A stretch of DNA of 64,000 nt from the IMG/VR virus record IMGVR_UViG_3300030108_006260, positions 62,001-126,000 of that record; one strand, 5' to 3'. The position numbers and the translations under genes were made by a program. Below, piece after piece: positions 34,562-43,951 of the stretch. The notes beneath the pieces are model-generated. The model worked only from the letters and a program-made list of their open reading frames with translations, was not told the DNA's origin and did not search any database. Position 1 is the first letter of the stretch; every line of letters starts with the position of its first letter.

Positions 34562-34882
34562 CTAGTCCGAGATTTTTACAAGACGGAAAAGGGTTGATGC
34601 ATTCTCCAGTTTACGAAGCATCTTCTTTTGTACCTCATTCGGCCAAATGAAGCTCTTTGAGAGAGACTTGTTCCTTGATACAACCGTAAACTTAGGCTCA
34701 GAAAACTTTTTCTGCCTGGGATCCCACACTATATTTGATACGGGGGCGCCGTTTAGGTATGTCCTAAAATGGTTCTTTCCGTAAACATCGTCTCCGATGT
34801 ACACTACAGCGTAATGCCTATCGTCTATAGTAGCCTGGACTGCTACAATGCGTAGGGATATGGGGCGAATATCAGAGGACAT
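34562..34882 (-). CDS. hypothetical protein
   Basis: 106-aa ORF. Confidence 0.6.
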   Translation of the reverse strand: MSSDIRPISLRIVAVQATIDDRHYAVVYIGDDVYGKNHFRTYLNGAPVSNIVWDPRQKKFSEPKFTVVSRNKSLSKSFIWPNEVQKKMLRKLENASTLFRLVKISD

Positions 34883-34902
34883 TTGAACCTTAAATAACAG
34901 GG

Positions 34903-35361
34903 TTAGCGACGACTATAAACCTTTGACAGTACAAGTCTCTTAACATAGTCCTGTATTGTTACCTTTTTACCATCAATACGCAAGTCTGCAACATATTGCT
35001 TTAGCCTGGCGTAGTCACTTGCAGGCATAGGTATTTCCATAGTCACTTCTTCTCTGTGTAGACCCATTTCCTTTGCTTGTTGGCTAGCTAAAACCTCTGC
35101 ATTAACAACAGACCAGAAACGTTGCCTCATAGCAGGAGAGGGGTATGCCCTCATAGCTAAATCCTGAGCATGGCCTTTCCGGCCAGTCTTGACAAAGGTA
35201 GCAGCTCTGTGCACCATAGAGTGAGCATTTGCACATAGCCAAGCAAGGTTTTCGTCCAGATCAGAACCTCCGGCGTGCTGAGGATTCAAGTGGTGACGGT
35301 GACACGCATCTCTGGGATACCTCTTACCCTCTATGTAGCATATGACGGAATCTGGAGTCAC
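34903..35361 (-). CDS. HNH-motif protein with possible C-terminal DNA-binding domain
   Basis: HRHHLNPQHAGGSD..ENLAWLCANAHSMVH. Confidence 0.75.
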   Translation of the reverse strand: MTPDSVICYIEGKRYPRDACHRHHLNPQHAGGSDLDENLAWLCANAHSMVHRAATFVKTGRKGHAQDLAMRAYPSPAMRQRFWSVVNAEVLASQQAKEMGLHREEVTMEIPMPASDYARLKQYVADLRIDGKKVTIQDYVKRLVLSKVYSRR

Positions 35362-35597
35362 TTAGTGGATGGGGTGATAGATAGAAGCTGACGACTGAAG
35401 AGGTCCTTCAGGTTCACGGAAGCCCTAAGTTGTTTGACGGTGGCCTCTTTTAGAAGGTCACGGGACTCTCCAGGGCGTATAACCCTGTGTTGCATAACCT
35501 TGCGATCATCCCTCCAGTATACTATCACCTCGCTCCTGGAAGTGTTAGTGACATTACAGTTACCCTTAGCAAGAGCCTTAAGTAGTTTAGCAGACAT
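35358..35597 (-). CDS. small virion-region hypothetical protein
   Basis: 79-aa ORF downstream of the tape-measure-like gene. Confidence 0.55.
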   Translation of the reverse strand: MSAKLLKALAKGNCNVTNTSRSEVIVYWRDDRKVMQHRVIRPGESRDLLKEATVKQLRASVNLKDLFSRQLLSITPSTK

Positions 35598-35629
35598 ATT
35601 TGTGTTTCCTATAGTATCGGTATTAGTAC

Positions 35630-38008
35630 CTAATTTGTGTTTCCTACGATATTTTGGTTGACCTGCGCTTGCGCAACAACTTCGTCAACATTTTCGACTT
35701 CTAGTCTCATGTTAATATAAGACCTTCCGTCAGCACCTACCTCAAAGGCTCCCCTTCCATTTGCTTGTAGGTTAGAGGGGTCAGAGGGTGTCCCTGCTCT
35801 TCTTGAACTAGACTGCCTCGCTGGTTGCTGTGCAGCCTGCTGTATTACAGGAGCACCCGACTGTTCTTGTCGATCAAACCGGGAAGTAAGCTCACTAGCT
35901 AGTACTGAGGCTCCTGTAGCCAAGGCAGATCTGTCGTCCTCCCTCTGCTGTTCTGTTACAGGGGCCACTCGCATCCCCGACGTAATTTCAGCATACCTCT
36001 TTGCGAGTTCACTAGCCTCTTCCTCTACGTCAGACAATGATGTATTCACAGTAGCAATAGTGGCCTGTAGAGACTCTCTTTCTTCTTGTGATTCTGTACG
36101 CCTAAGCTCTGTGCTGGCCTCGTCTCTCTGCTTAAGTAAGTCAGAGTGGCGCTGCTGTATGTCAGTCAGCTGAGTACGAATACCTTCAATCTCCTGGTTA
36201 CCCTGGTTTCCTAGGAGTCTGTTCGCAAACTGCCTAGCTCCCGAAAAGAAGTTAGTGTCGAGAAAGCGGTCTAAAAGACCGCCTATAGTAGTGACGCTTA
36301 TCACCAGAGACTTTAGAAGGTCTTTTATATTAAAAAGCTCGTTTACAGGATCCTTAAGAGCCAAAACAGAGGTCAGTGCACTTTTCTGTAGGTCAGCGGT
36401 AGTCTGTACTTTATTCCTGGACTCTGACTCTATAGATCTAATCTCGGACACAACGTCAGACGCACGGCCATCCCTGATCATACGAGCAAATCTTCTCTGC
36501 TCAAACTGCTGTAGGTTCTTGAAAGAAGAAAACTGTCCTCCTAGAATTTGAGTAAGAGCACTTATGTCCTCAACATTACCAAAGAGCCTACGGTTGGAGT
36601 TTAGTACAGATTCCATAACTCCTGGGAGAGACCCAAGCATTTCTACTACAGCAGGGCCACCTAATCCGTCGTTCAGAGCCCTAATAGATTCGTCAAGACG
36701 TGCATACATTTCCTCATTGAGGTCCCCTTCACCTCCAAGACGGTCAAAGAGCTTCTCTTGGACCATTCTCTGCTGTTCTGACGTCATGCCACTGTATCCA
36801 GGGGCATCCTCTCCTATAATTTCTCTAATGTAGGAAAGCTGTTCTGATATCTGAGATTTTATTTCATCTCCAGCAAGCATGGTTTGCGGGGTTATGCCTC
36901 CTCCAAAAACCACTTCTCCGAACGCCTTCGCAACACGTGAGGCCCCTTGAGAACTTGCTCCAAACTCTACTGCCTTCTTAGCAGCAAACTGATAAGCCGC
37001 TGCTACGTTCTGTAGGTCAGTTACCTGTGCGCCAAACTGCCTGTGTGCTTCCATCATAGCAGCAACAAAATCAGATCTCAAAGCAAAAGAAAATGCCTTA
37101 CCTTCAAAACGAGTTCCCTTTAGGGAATCTCTCATCATGTCTGCCATCTGACTAAACTGTACGGCCTGCCTCCCCGCTTCGTCTAGCGATATTCCTACCT
37201 CCTGGTACCTCTCTGCTGCATATCTGGCTCCCTCCTCACCTGACAATCCCGCTACTGTCTTTAGATACAGAAGCTGATCTGCCAACTCCTCTACTTGTTC
37301 TGTTCCGTATTTTATGTCAAGCTTTGATGCTTCAAGTATAGTCTTACCTAGTTTCTGAGCTGCTTTGTCAGTAAGGTTATACCGTGTGTTCAGTCCTTCA
37401 AGTGCAGTGTCTAACTTTTGCATTGACTCATAGTATGAGTACACAGTAGGTACGGCCTCTGCTGTGTTAGACACAAAAGTCTTAATAGTGTTGCCAACCT
37501 GAAGGGCTGCTCCTGCGAACCCAGCAACAGAAGAAGTTGCCCTATCTATCGAAGTATTAACTCCCTCTAGTTGCTGCTGAGCAACGGGAAGATCTCCTCG
37601 CATCAAGAGATTATCGATACCGTCCTTGTACCCTCGCATGAGGGTACCAAGAACAGTTCCAGTGTCATCAGAGTCTTCTCTTATTTCTGCGAGGCTCTGC
37701 TTTACTTCCTCGTACCTAGCAGCAAGAGATTTAGATCTGCGCATTTCTTCTTCGTGCGAAGATTTGCGTACCTTATCGAGGTTGGAAAGAGCTACTCCCT
37801 GCTGGTCTAGTAAAGAGGATGTCTTTCCTATAGCTGCGTTCTGTTGACCAATTGCAGCAGTTGCAGCAGCTGCTCTTTCAGCAGAAGCTGCTCCCACCTG
37901 CTTTTCTAGGCCAAGGAGCCTCTTCAACTCATTAGAGTAAGACCGAAGGGCACGGGCGTCGGATCTAATACTTTGAGAGTTTCCTCCTTTAAATGGGTCT
38001 CTTGGCAT
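35630..38008 (-). CDS. tape-measure-like protein
   Basis: 792 aa, Ala/Gln/Leu-rich and helical; lies downstream of the tube gene and two chaperone-sized genes. Confidence 0.55.
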   Translation of the reverse strand: MPRDPFKGGNSQSIRSDARALRSYSNELKRLLGLEKQVGAASAERAAAATAAIGQQNAAIGKTSSLLDQQGVALSNLDKVRKSSHEEEMRRSKSLAARYEEVKQSLAEIREDSDDTGTVLGTLMRGYKDGIDNLLMRGDLPVAQQQLEGVNTSIDRATSSVAGFAGAALQVGNTIKTFVSNTAEAVPTVYSYYESMQKLDTALEGLNTRYNLTDKAAQKLGKTILEASKLDIKYGTEQVEELADQLLYLKTVAGLSGEEGARYAAERYQEVGISLDEAGRQAVQFSQMADMMRDSLKGTRFEGKAFSFALRSDFVAAMMEAHRQFGAQVTDLQNVAAAYQFAAKKAVEFGASSQGASRVAKAFGEVVFGGGITPQTMLAGDEIKSQISEQLSYIREIIGEDAPGYSGMTSEQQRMVQEKLFDRLGGEGDLNEEMYARLDESIRALNDGLGGPAVVEMLGSLPGVMESVLNSNRRLFGNVEDISALTQILGGQFSSFKNLQQFEQRRFARMIRDGRASDVVSEIRSIESESRNKVQTTADLQKSALTSVLALKDPVNELFNIKDLLKSLVISVTTIGGLLDRFLDTNFFSGARQFANRLLGNQGNQEIEGIRTQLTDIQQRHSDLLKQRDEASTELRRTESQEERESLQATIATVNTSLSDVEEEASELAKRYAEITSGMRVAPVTEQQREDDRSALATGASVLASELTSRFDRQEQSGAPVIQQAAQQPARQSSSRRAGTPSDPSNLQANGRGAFEVGADGRSYINMRLEVENVDEVVAQAQVNQNIVGNTN

Positions 38009-38541
38009 CAGCGTCTCCTGGAGTTAAATCCCCTCAAGGGACCTTCCTGAAATCCGGTAGCAGGAGCGTTAGATCTATCGTATACACTACCAGAGTCATC
38101 GTCCCCAAAACCAGCTGGAGCAGGGCTAGCTCCCATCCTCTTAAGGAATTCTTCCTTAGATAGGCTAGATAGACTGATTGCGGAGTCTGGGACATGAGGC
38201 ATGTTATTTTTGCTCTTTGTTCCCCCAGGCAAGACCCGATCTTTAAGCTGCTCTATGAGTTCGGGACGGATAAGAAGACTAAGAGGGAACCTTGTCTTTT
38301 CGTTCGGACCCATAGGAGTTCTAATAGGTGCGTTACCTTCCGCATTTTCCTCTGCGGAGGCTGCGCTCTTAGCTAGGCTTTGTAGGTCACTTTCAGTCCA
38401 CACTAGGCCTAACATATAATCCCATCTACTAAAAAACGACTCCTCTTCATGACGAATAAAGAGTAAGGAAGCCTCTAACTCTGAAAGGGAGGCGTCTTTA
38501 ATAGACGGATCACTTATTGGAACACGACACTTAGCGGCCAC
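38008..38541 (-). CDS. putative tail assembly chaperone
   Basis: Position immediately before the tape-measure-like gene. Confidence 0.4.
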   Translation of the reverse strand: MAAKCRVPISDPSIKDASLSELEASLLFIRHEEESFFSRWDYMLGLVWTESDLQSLAKSAASAEENAEGNAPIRTPMGPNEKTRFPLSLLIRPELIEQLKDRVLPGGTKSKNNMPHVPDSAISLSSLSKEEFLKRMGASPAPAGFGDDDSGSVYDRSNAPATGFQEGPLRGFNSRRR

Positions 38542-38567
38542 TGTTCCCCGAACCCACAGCTCCCAAT

Positions 38568-39368
38568 CTAGCTGCTGGATTCGGTCTGGGGAAAAGGGAC
38601 CGAATCTTCCTCCAATGGAGTCTCTTTTTGCTCCTTTGGCTTGTAGTAGTATCCCTCGTCTACTTCTCGCTCATACGCCTTGTATAGCTCCTCCACCAAA
38701 TCAAAGAAGGAAGACTGGAGTTCTTCGAGGAAAGCCTCAGCAGCAAGAATACGAAGACCTAGGTGGGGATACATAGGGTCTTTTACGTCTTCAGGTTTCT
38801 CGGGGTCAAATCCAAGGGCTTCCCATATAGGAGTACCGTCAATGTGGGCTACTCCCATGCTGCAAACTGCCAGCATCCATCCGAAAGAAGAGAATTGAGG
38901 ATTCTGGGTAAGTTCGTAGGCTTTAGCTACAACAAACTGGTAATCCTCGTAGCCCAGGCCCCTGAACCCAAAGGTCATTGTTATCGGCTCGTCCGGATTG
39001 TGTGGATTTCTTCGAGTTACTGTAGCCTCAGGAGTGTCTACCCTTTTGAGTCCAAAAGTCTCTCTGAACTTTTTCAGTAGTTTAGTCTCTTTTCTGGTAG
39101 GCTTTGACGGAGGCGGCACAGGACGTTTACCTGTGTGAACGGATGCGGGTGCCTCCTCCTTAGTTTCTTTAGGTACATCCTGGGGAGTTCTACTTTGGGT
39201 CTGTCCCCCCGACGCAGTTCCCGTGGCTTGCTCGGACGAGAAGGGGGCATCAGGACTCTCACCATCTGCCCATGGGTCAAAACCTTGCGGGTGAGGCAAA
39301 GGCATGCCTACTCCTCCCACAGGGACACGTTCACCAAGATCAAACTTAGGCTTGGGATCTTCACTCAT
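38568..39368 (-). CDS. putative tail assembly chaperone
   Basis: Position; FRGL...MLAVCSMGVAHIDG...LVEELYKAY resembles myovirus tail chaperones. Confidence 0.45.
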   Translation of the reverse strand: MSEDPKPKFDLGERVPVGGVGMPLPHPQGFDPWADGESPDAPFSSEQATGTASGGQTQSRTPQDVPKETKEEAPASVHTGKRPVPPPSKPTRKETKLLKKFRETFGLKRVDTPEATVTRRNPHNPDEPITMTFGFRGLGYEDYQFVVAKAYELTQNPQFSSFGWMLAVCSMGVAHIDGTPIWEALGFDPEKPEDVKDPMYPHLGLRILAAEAFLEELQSSFFDLVEELYKAYEREVDEGYYYKPKEQKETPLEEDSVPFPQTESSS

Positions 39369-39395
39369 CTAATAATACTCCATAATAGGTCTTAA

Positions 39396-39434
39396 GTAAA
39401 TAGACCCTAACAAAAGATGCTAGGGTCTATTTAC
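39396..39434. terminator. hairpin / terminator-like
   Basis: GTAAATAGACCCTA-11 nt-TAGGGTCTATTTAC, a perfect 14-bp stem. Confidence 0.7.
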
Positions 39435-39484
39435 AGAAACAACGCCTTTTATTTAAGGCTATGTTTACTAAAGAAAATCAATAC

Positions 39485-40714
39485 TTACTTGCTGGCCTTC
39501 TTTAGGAGAGCAGCGACACGTCGTGCTGCGTCCTTGTTGCCCTTGTTCCATAGAGCCTTGGCGAGACGAGCAACTTTTTTCTTGTCCTCTTTCGAAGAGA
39601 TAGAGAAGGCACCGAGGGAAGCTTCCTTTTCCATGTCCATATCCATGTCTTCTTCATCATCTTCCATGTCCATATCCATGTCTTCTTCAGAGTCCTCAGC
39701 GTCCTCTTCGTCTTCCATGTCCATATCCATGTCTTCTTCGTCGTCACTCATGTCCATGTCGTCCTCGTCGCCCATCTCAAGAGCGTCAAGGTCGAGGTCA
39801 TCAGGATCCTCATCAGCCTCATACATGCGGCTAGCAGCCTCGGAATCCTCGTCGTCATCCATGCCCATTGCTTCCATCATAGCAGCAAGCTCGTCGTCAG
39901 CTTCGTCTTCCTCAGAGTCGTCTTCCATGTCGAGGTCCATGTCTTCGTCGTCTTCCGAGTCTTCCATGTCGAGGTCCATGTCTTCGTCGTCTTCCGAATC
40001 TTCCATGTCATCCTCGTCTCCATCTTCGAGGTCCATGTCTAGATCCATGTCTAGGTCATCGTCGGAATCTTCGTCATCACCATCTTCTAGATCCATGTCG
40101 AGATCCATGTCTTCTTCGTCGGAAGGGTCTTCCATAGCAAGACGAATGAGGTCACCTAGGGAACTCGCAAAAGCTTCCTTCTTCTCACTGTCTCCAAAAG
40201 GAAATCCTTCACCCTCTGCGTAGGGATCATCGGTGTGAGGGTCGCTGTCACCGGATGTCTCGGGCATGTTGTCCTTATCACGGTTATACTGCTTGGAAGC
40301 ATCTCCCTTGTGATCTGGCTCAGAGTGCCCGTTCTCTGAAGAGTATTCGTACTCTTCCTCAAGGTCTGCGGCGATCTTGCTTACTTCAAGAGCAGCATGC
40401 TTGTCTCCACTCTTATGTAGTTCGCGAGCGATAGAGTCAAGCTCTTCTACCTGAGCACGAGCAATACGACGCATGGCAGCAGCAATTCTCTGCTTGTTGC
40501 GTGCGCGTGTAGCTCCGGCAGACTTGCGGTTCTTTTTAGAACGACGAGTGTTCTTGCGGGACTTAGCTGTGCGCTTGGCCTTCTTAGGAGAGGAGAGAAG
40601 CTCAGCGGAGCACTCGTCAACAAGGGTAGCCAAATCAGCATTTCCTGTCTTCTCTAGCTCAACAGCAAGCTGGTCTAGATCAGCAAGGATAGGGTTATCT
40701 TTCATAGACGCCAT
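39485..40714 (-). CDS. highly acidic D/E/M-repeat virion-region protein
   Basis: Basic N-terminal tract; central (EDMDLDMED)n low-complexity tract; three copies of an L..LA..L...G....A...v helical motif. Confidence 0.8.
   Translation of the reverse strand: MASMKDNPILADLDQLAVELEKTGNADLATLVDECSAELLSSPKKAKRTAKSRKNTRRSKKNRKSAGATRARNKQRIAAAMRRIARAQVEELDSIARELHKSGDKHAALEVSKIAADLEEEYEYSSENGHSEPDHKGDASKQYNRDKDNMPETSGDSDPHTDDPYAEGEGFPFGDSEKKEAFASSLGDLIRLAMEDPSDEEDMDLDMDLEDGDDEDSDDDLDMDLDMDLEDGDEDDMEDSEDDEDMDLDMEDSEDDEDMDLDMEDDSEEDEADDELAAMMEAMGMDDDEDSEAASRMYEADEDPDDLDLDALEMGDEDDMDMSDDEEDMDMDMEDEEDAEDSEEDMDMDMEDDEEDMDMDMEKEASLGAFSISSKEDKKKVARLAKALWNKGNKDAARRVAALLKKASK
39625..40115. repeat. degenerate tandem repeats encoding the D/E/M tract
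   Basis: TCTTCCATGTC(C/G)A..TCCATGTCTTC recurs; near-perfect 39-nt units at about 39921-39998. Confidence 0.85.
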
Positions 40715-40728
40715 GGTAATATACCTCT

Positions 40729-41055
40729 TTATTTTGATTTTTTATTTTTTATTTTATTAGAGCCGTCAGCCAGACGCCGAATAGCACGCCTAGCATCTGC
40801 TAAGCCCGAAGCAGCCTGCTTTATAAGCGAGGCTTGTTCCGGACTAAAGTAATTAAGCGCATCTGTAGATGATATGTCAGTAAAGAAGTGACTAAGTTCA
40901 TCTAGAGAAAGGTAGTGCGCCTCAACCGAAGTACGAAGACGTTCTTTTTGTCTACGAGAACGAGCAGGAGTAACATCACTAGCACTAGAGCTAGCTGCTT
41001 TCTCTCGGATGAGGAAAGCGATTTCGGACATTCGTTTCTCTTGCTCAGAAGACAT
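40729..41055 (-). CDS. hypothetical virion-region protein
   Basis: 108-aa ORF abutting the tube gene. Confidence 0.6.
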   Translation of the reverse strand: MSSEQEKRMSEIAFLIREKAASSSASDVTPARSRRQKERLRTSVEAHYLSLDELSHFFTDISSTDALNYFSPEQASLIKQAASGLADARRAIRRLADGSNKIKNKKSK

Positions 41056-41573
41056 TAAACAGCACGTTGACGAGATACAAAGGCGATTTCAGCAGACAAT
41101 TTGATCTGAGCATCACCGTCAGCGGAGAAAGAGTCCTCATTACGGCTCTTAAACCAACACCCACTGTATAGCCAAACGCGGTACACGGTGGATCCCCTGA
41201 ACAAGTATTCTTGAATACTGAATGGTCTGTTCTGATCAATAAGGTCGGCCCAGACAGCAGGATAACCTAGCGCAACCTCAAATTCCTGATTCCAAACCTC
41301 TACACGGTTACAGCTAATCTCATACCCACGGTTTACAGAAGGAACATAATCCACAGCCCTACCGAAAGTAAGATGGTTTAGCTCCCATACGTGGTTACCG
41401 TCCCTGGAGTACATCTTTGGGCTCCAAGAGTTAATTCTACCTACAATCCTTCCATTGACAACAATGGAAAGACCATGGTAAGTCTTAATAGTGGGAGCGC
41501 CGGGTGCGTCCAAGTCAAGGGGACGAACTCTTACTCCGTGGGGGTTAGCCCCAAATGGTACGGGGGATGCCAT
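41055..41573 (-). CDS. tail tube protein
   Basis: 172 aa; LSIVVNGRIVGRINSW...ELN...GRAVDYVPS...WLYSGCWFKS...IAF fits a myovirus tube fold; lies downstream of the sheath gene. Confidence 0.75.
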   Translation of the reverse strand: MASPVPFGANPHGVRVRPLDLDAPGAPTIKTYHGLSIVVNGRIVGRINSWSPKMYSRDGNHVWELNHLTFGRAVDYVPSVNRGYEISCNRVEVWNQEFEVALGYPAVWADLIDQNRPFSIQEYLFRGSTVYRVWLYSGCWFKSRNEDSFSADGDAQIKLSAEIAFVSRQRAV

Positions 41574-41587
41574 GTATTATCTCCTAT

Positions 41588-42055
41588 TCAGTGTGTCTCT
41601 TCAGTAGACGCTCTATATATAGCCGCTATCTTCTTGATCTTTAGGTGGCGTCTCTGCTCAGACTCTGTAAGAGAAGGTATTGTATCTAATATAGCGGAAG
41701 CTTCTGCTCTATTGTATAGTTCCTTAGAAGCAGAGAGAAGGTTGGCGCGAGAAACTGAAGACATTCCCTGTACAAAATAGTAAGACCTTGGATCACTTTT
41801 ATTTGATACATCTTTATAAGATAAACTGGGATCAGACTGTTTTGCCCACTGGTTTATGGGCATGAAACCTTCAGTTCTCAAGTATCTAAGGTACAGCTGT
41901 ACCATCCTTACTGCTGACTTTACATCAGATACAAGAAGACCTCGACTAAGATGATCCTGGTCTCGGTTGTAGAGTATTATTCCACCGTCCTGATACTTAG
42001 CGTTCAAGGAGGACCTCTCCAAAAGAGAGGAGAGCTTACTTTCAAGGTCTGCCAT
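41588..42055 (-). CDS. hypothetical virion-region protein
   Basis: 155-aa ORF. Confidence 0.6.
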   Translation of the reverse strand: MADLESKLSSLLERSSLNAKYQDGGIILYNRDQDHLSRGLLVSDVKSAVRMVQLYLRYLRTEGFMPINQWAKQSDPSLSYKDVSNKSDPRSYYFVQGMSSVSRANLLSASKELYNRAEASAILDTIPSLTESEQRRHLKIKKIAAIYRASTEETH

Positions 42056-42938
42056 CTGCCACGTCTTTCAAAACACGGTCAAGTCTACGCTCCATCTCCA
42101 AGGATCTGTCAGATGCCTCAGAAGGTATAAGAGAATCTAGGACCGAATACATGTCAGTGTCTTCTACCCAAGTCGAAGAGTACTTTATGTAAATAATATT
42201 TTCTTTTATAGAAGGAGCAGACCTACTGGTTTGGTTAGTACTTCGGGTCAAGGTGTTAAGTACCCGAACAGCATCTCTAGAGGAAAAGAAAATAGCTTCA
42301 CGATAGGGGTCATCCACATCTTGAGAGGCAGATGAGTTAAGCACATACCAAGCAGGCTTTCCCGTCTCTTTGTCAGTTATCTGCCATGCCCTCTTGCCAT
42401 CTTTAAAGGTTCTTTCAACCTTGTATCTACGGTCACTAAGACTGCGAGTATCCGTAGTAATGATCTTCAAAGAAGGGGAGGCTCCACCAATCCTTGATTT
42501 AAGAGCGGACACTAAGCTGGGAACCGACTCTACCTCTCCTGACAACCCGCTGTCAGATAGAGGGTCCCTGCGGGACCCAGAAGTGAGTACGACCATAGAT
42601 CCAGAGGATTCCCTTAGGGTAATAGGTCCTATGAAAAGATCAGATCTAATAGCGGACCCATTCCCAGGAACGTAGGTCCTGCTTGCTGTAGCTTTAGCTA
42701 AAGCTGCTTCTTTAGCTCTGAAATCTTTAGAGGGAGATAAGTAAGAAGTAACCTTAGAAAGGTTGCCACTCAAAGCAGTGTCTAAAAGAGGCCCAGCTTT
42801 AGAAACGTCAAGCTGCCTCCTGACTGCTTTTTGAACACGGATAGCTAGCTTCTGTAGAAAGCCAGCTATATGAACCCGTTCCTCTAAAGAAAATAAGTCA
42901 AACATTTTATAATTAGAGTCGAATGTTCTTAGCAGCAA
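42042..42938 (-). CDS. hypothetical virion-region protein
   Basis: 298-aa ORF. Confidence 0.65.
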   Translation of the reverse strand: MLLRTFDSNYKMFDLFSLEERVHIAGFLQKLAIRVQKAVRRQLDVSKAGPLLDTALSGNLSKVTSYLSPSKDFRAKEAALAKATASRTYVPGNGSAIRSDLFIGPITLRESSGSMVVLTSGSRRDPLSDSGLSGEVESVPSLVSALKSRIGGASPSLKIITTDTRSLSDRRYKVERTFKDGKRAWQITDKETGKPAWYVLNSSASQDVDDPYREAIFFSSRDAVRVLNTLTRSTNQTSRSAPSIKENIIYIKYSSTWVEDTDMYSVLDSLIPSEASDRSLEMERRLDRVLKDVADGRP

Positions 42939-43803
42939 GGTTTATAAGAACCTCTGCGCGCTTTAGCTCACGGTCAAACTTGTCAACAATCTGTACGTGC
43001 TCAGCAACATAAGCAAAGCGCGTTGAGGCAACACGGGGATCCATCTTCTTGTGAACAAGCCTGATTGTCTTTCCAAGCGCAGACATTTCCTGCATCTTGT
43101 TCTTGGCCTTTGCTTGGATCTTAGCCAAAAGCATGGATAGGGAAGCACGAATCTTAGATTGATCGTTGCTCATAATGGCGTCTTCTAGAGTCTCGTTTAG
43201 AGAAGCAAGGTCTTCTGCCTCACGCCCAAATAGGAGAGGAACCTTCTCTTTGATCATCTGGTACACCTTGAAGGCGTTTACTCGGTCAGATTTGCTGGCT
43301 TTCTGGTCCTGCCTGTTACCTCCCGGCATAACGTCAGCTTTTTTAGCTGAAGCTGACTCTTCTTCGGAGGCCTCTTCTTCCTCAGAATCAGTGTCTTCCT
43401 CTTCTACAGGAAAAGAGGCAAGAGACTTCTTTAGTTCAGCAATTCTCTTCTTCCTCCAAGCACGTCGTTCTTCCACAGAAGCATGACGAGGAGATGTAAT
43501 CTTGGTCATGTCCTTTTTAGCTGTGTCCAATGCTTTCTTCTGAGAAACCGACTTTCTCTTCTTCTTTTTACTCTTCTTCTTTTTCTCGACCTTGGGTTGA
43601 GTCAGCTCAGACAGCTCTTCCTTAGCGATTTCAAGGGCCTTACTTTCTGAAGATTTACCTTTTTCCTTTTTAGAAGGAGAAGTAAGGTCATTCATGTCCT
43701 TTTTAGCTTTACCTACTGCCTTCTCACCAGATAGGTCTGACGAGATCTTCTTCATAAAAATTCTGCGAGCTTCGCGGGGTGATAGCTTTGTTTTTCTGGA
43801 CAT
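42913..43803 (-). CDS. Lys-rich hypothetical virion-region protein with short repeats
   Basis: Three A..KA/IAK..(M/L)..(L/I)T.P units separated by Lys/Glu tracts. Confidence 0.65.
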   Translation of the reverse strand: MSRKTKLSPREARRIFMKKISSDLSGEKAVGKAKKDMNDLTSPSKKEKGKSSESKALEIAKEELSELTQPKVEKKKKSKKKKRKSVSQKKALDTAKKDMTKITSPRHASVEERRAWRKKRIAELKKSLASFPVEEEDTDSEEEEASEEESASAKKADVMPGGNRQDQKASKSDRVNAFKVYQMIKEKVPLLFGREAEDLASLNETLEDAIMSNDQSKIRASLSMLLAKIQAKAKNKMQEMSALGKTIRLVHKKMDPRVASTRFAYVAEHVQIVDKFDRELKRAEVLINLAAKNIRL

Positions 43804-43951
43804 ATCGTTCTTTCGAATAAGAATAAGAACCCAACAGGGTAGTTTGCTTGGAGGTGAGTGAATGTAGGGACTTAGGTGTCACACCTACTCGAATAATATA
43901 AGAACAAAAGGAAAAAGTAGAAAGTGGATCTAACCTTAAGAATAAAAGAAC

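Noticed and set aside
39625-40115. Repeats as a possible CRISPR array
   Set aside because: In-frame coding repeats with no unique spacers.
39417-40223. 268-aa Ser-rich plus-strand ORF
   Set aside because: Antisense shadow of the D/E/M repeat gene; Ser/Met runs follow from reverse-complemented GAC/GAA/ATG codons.
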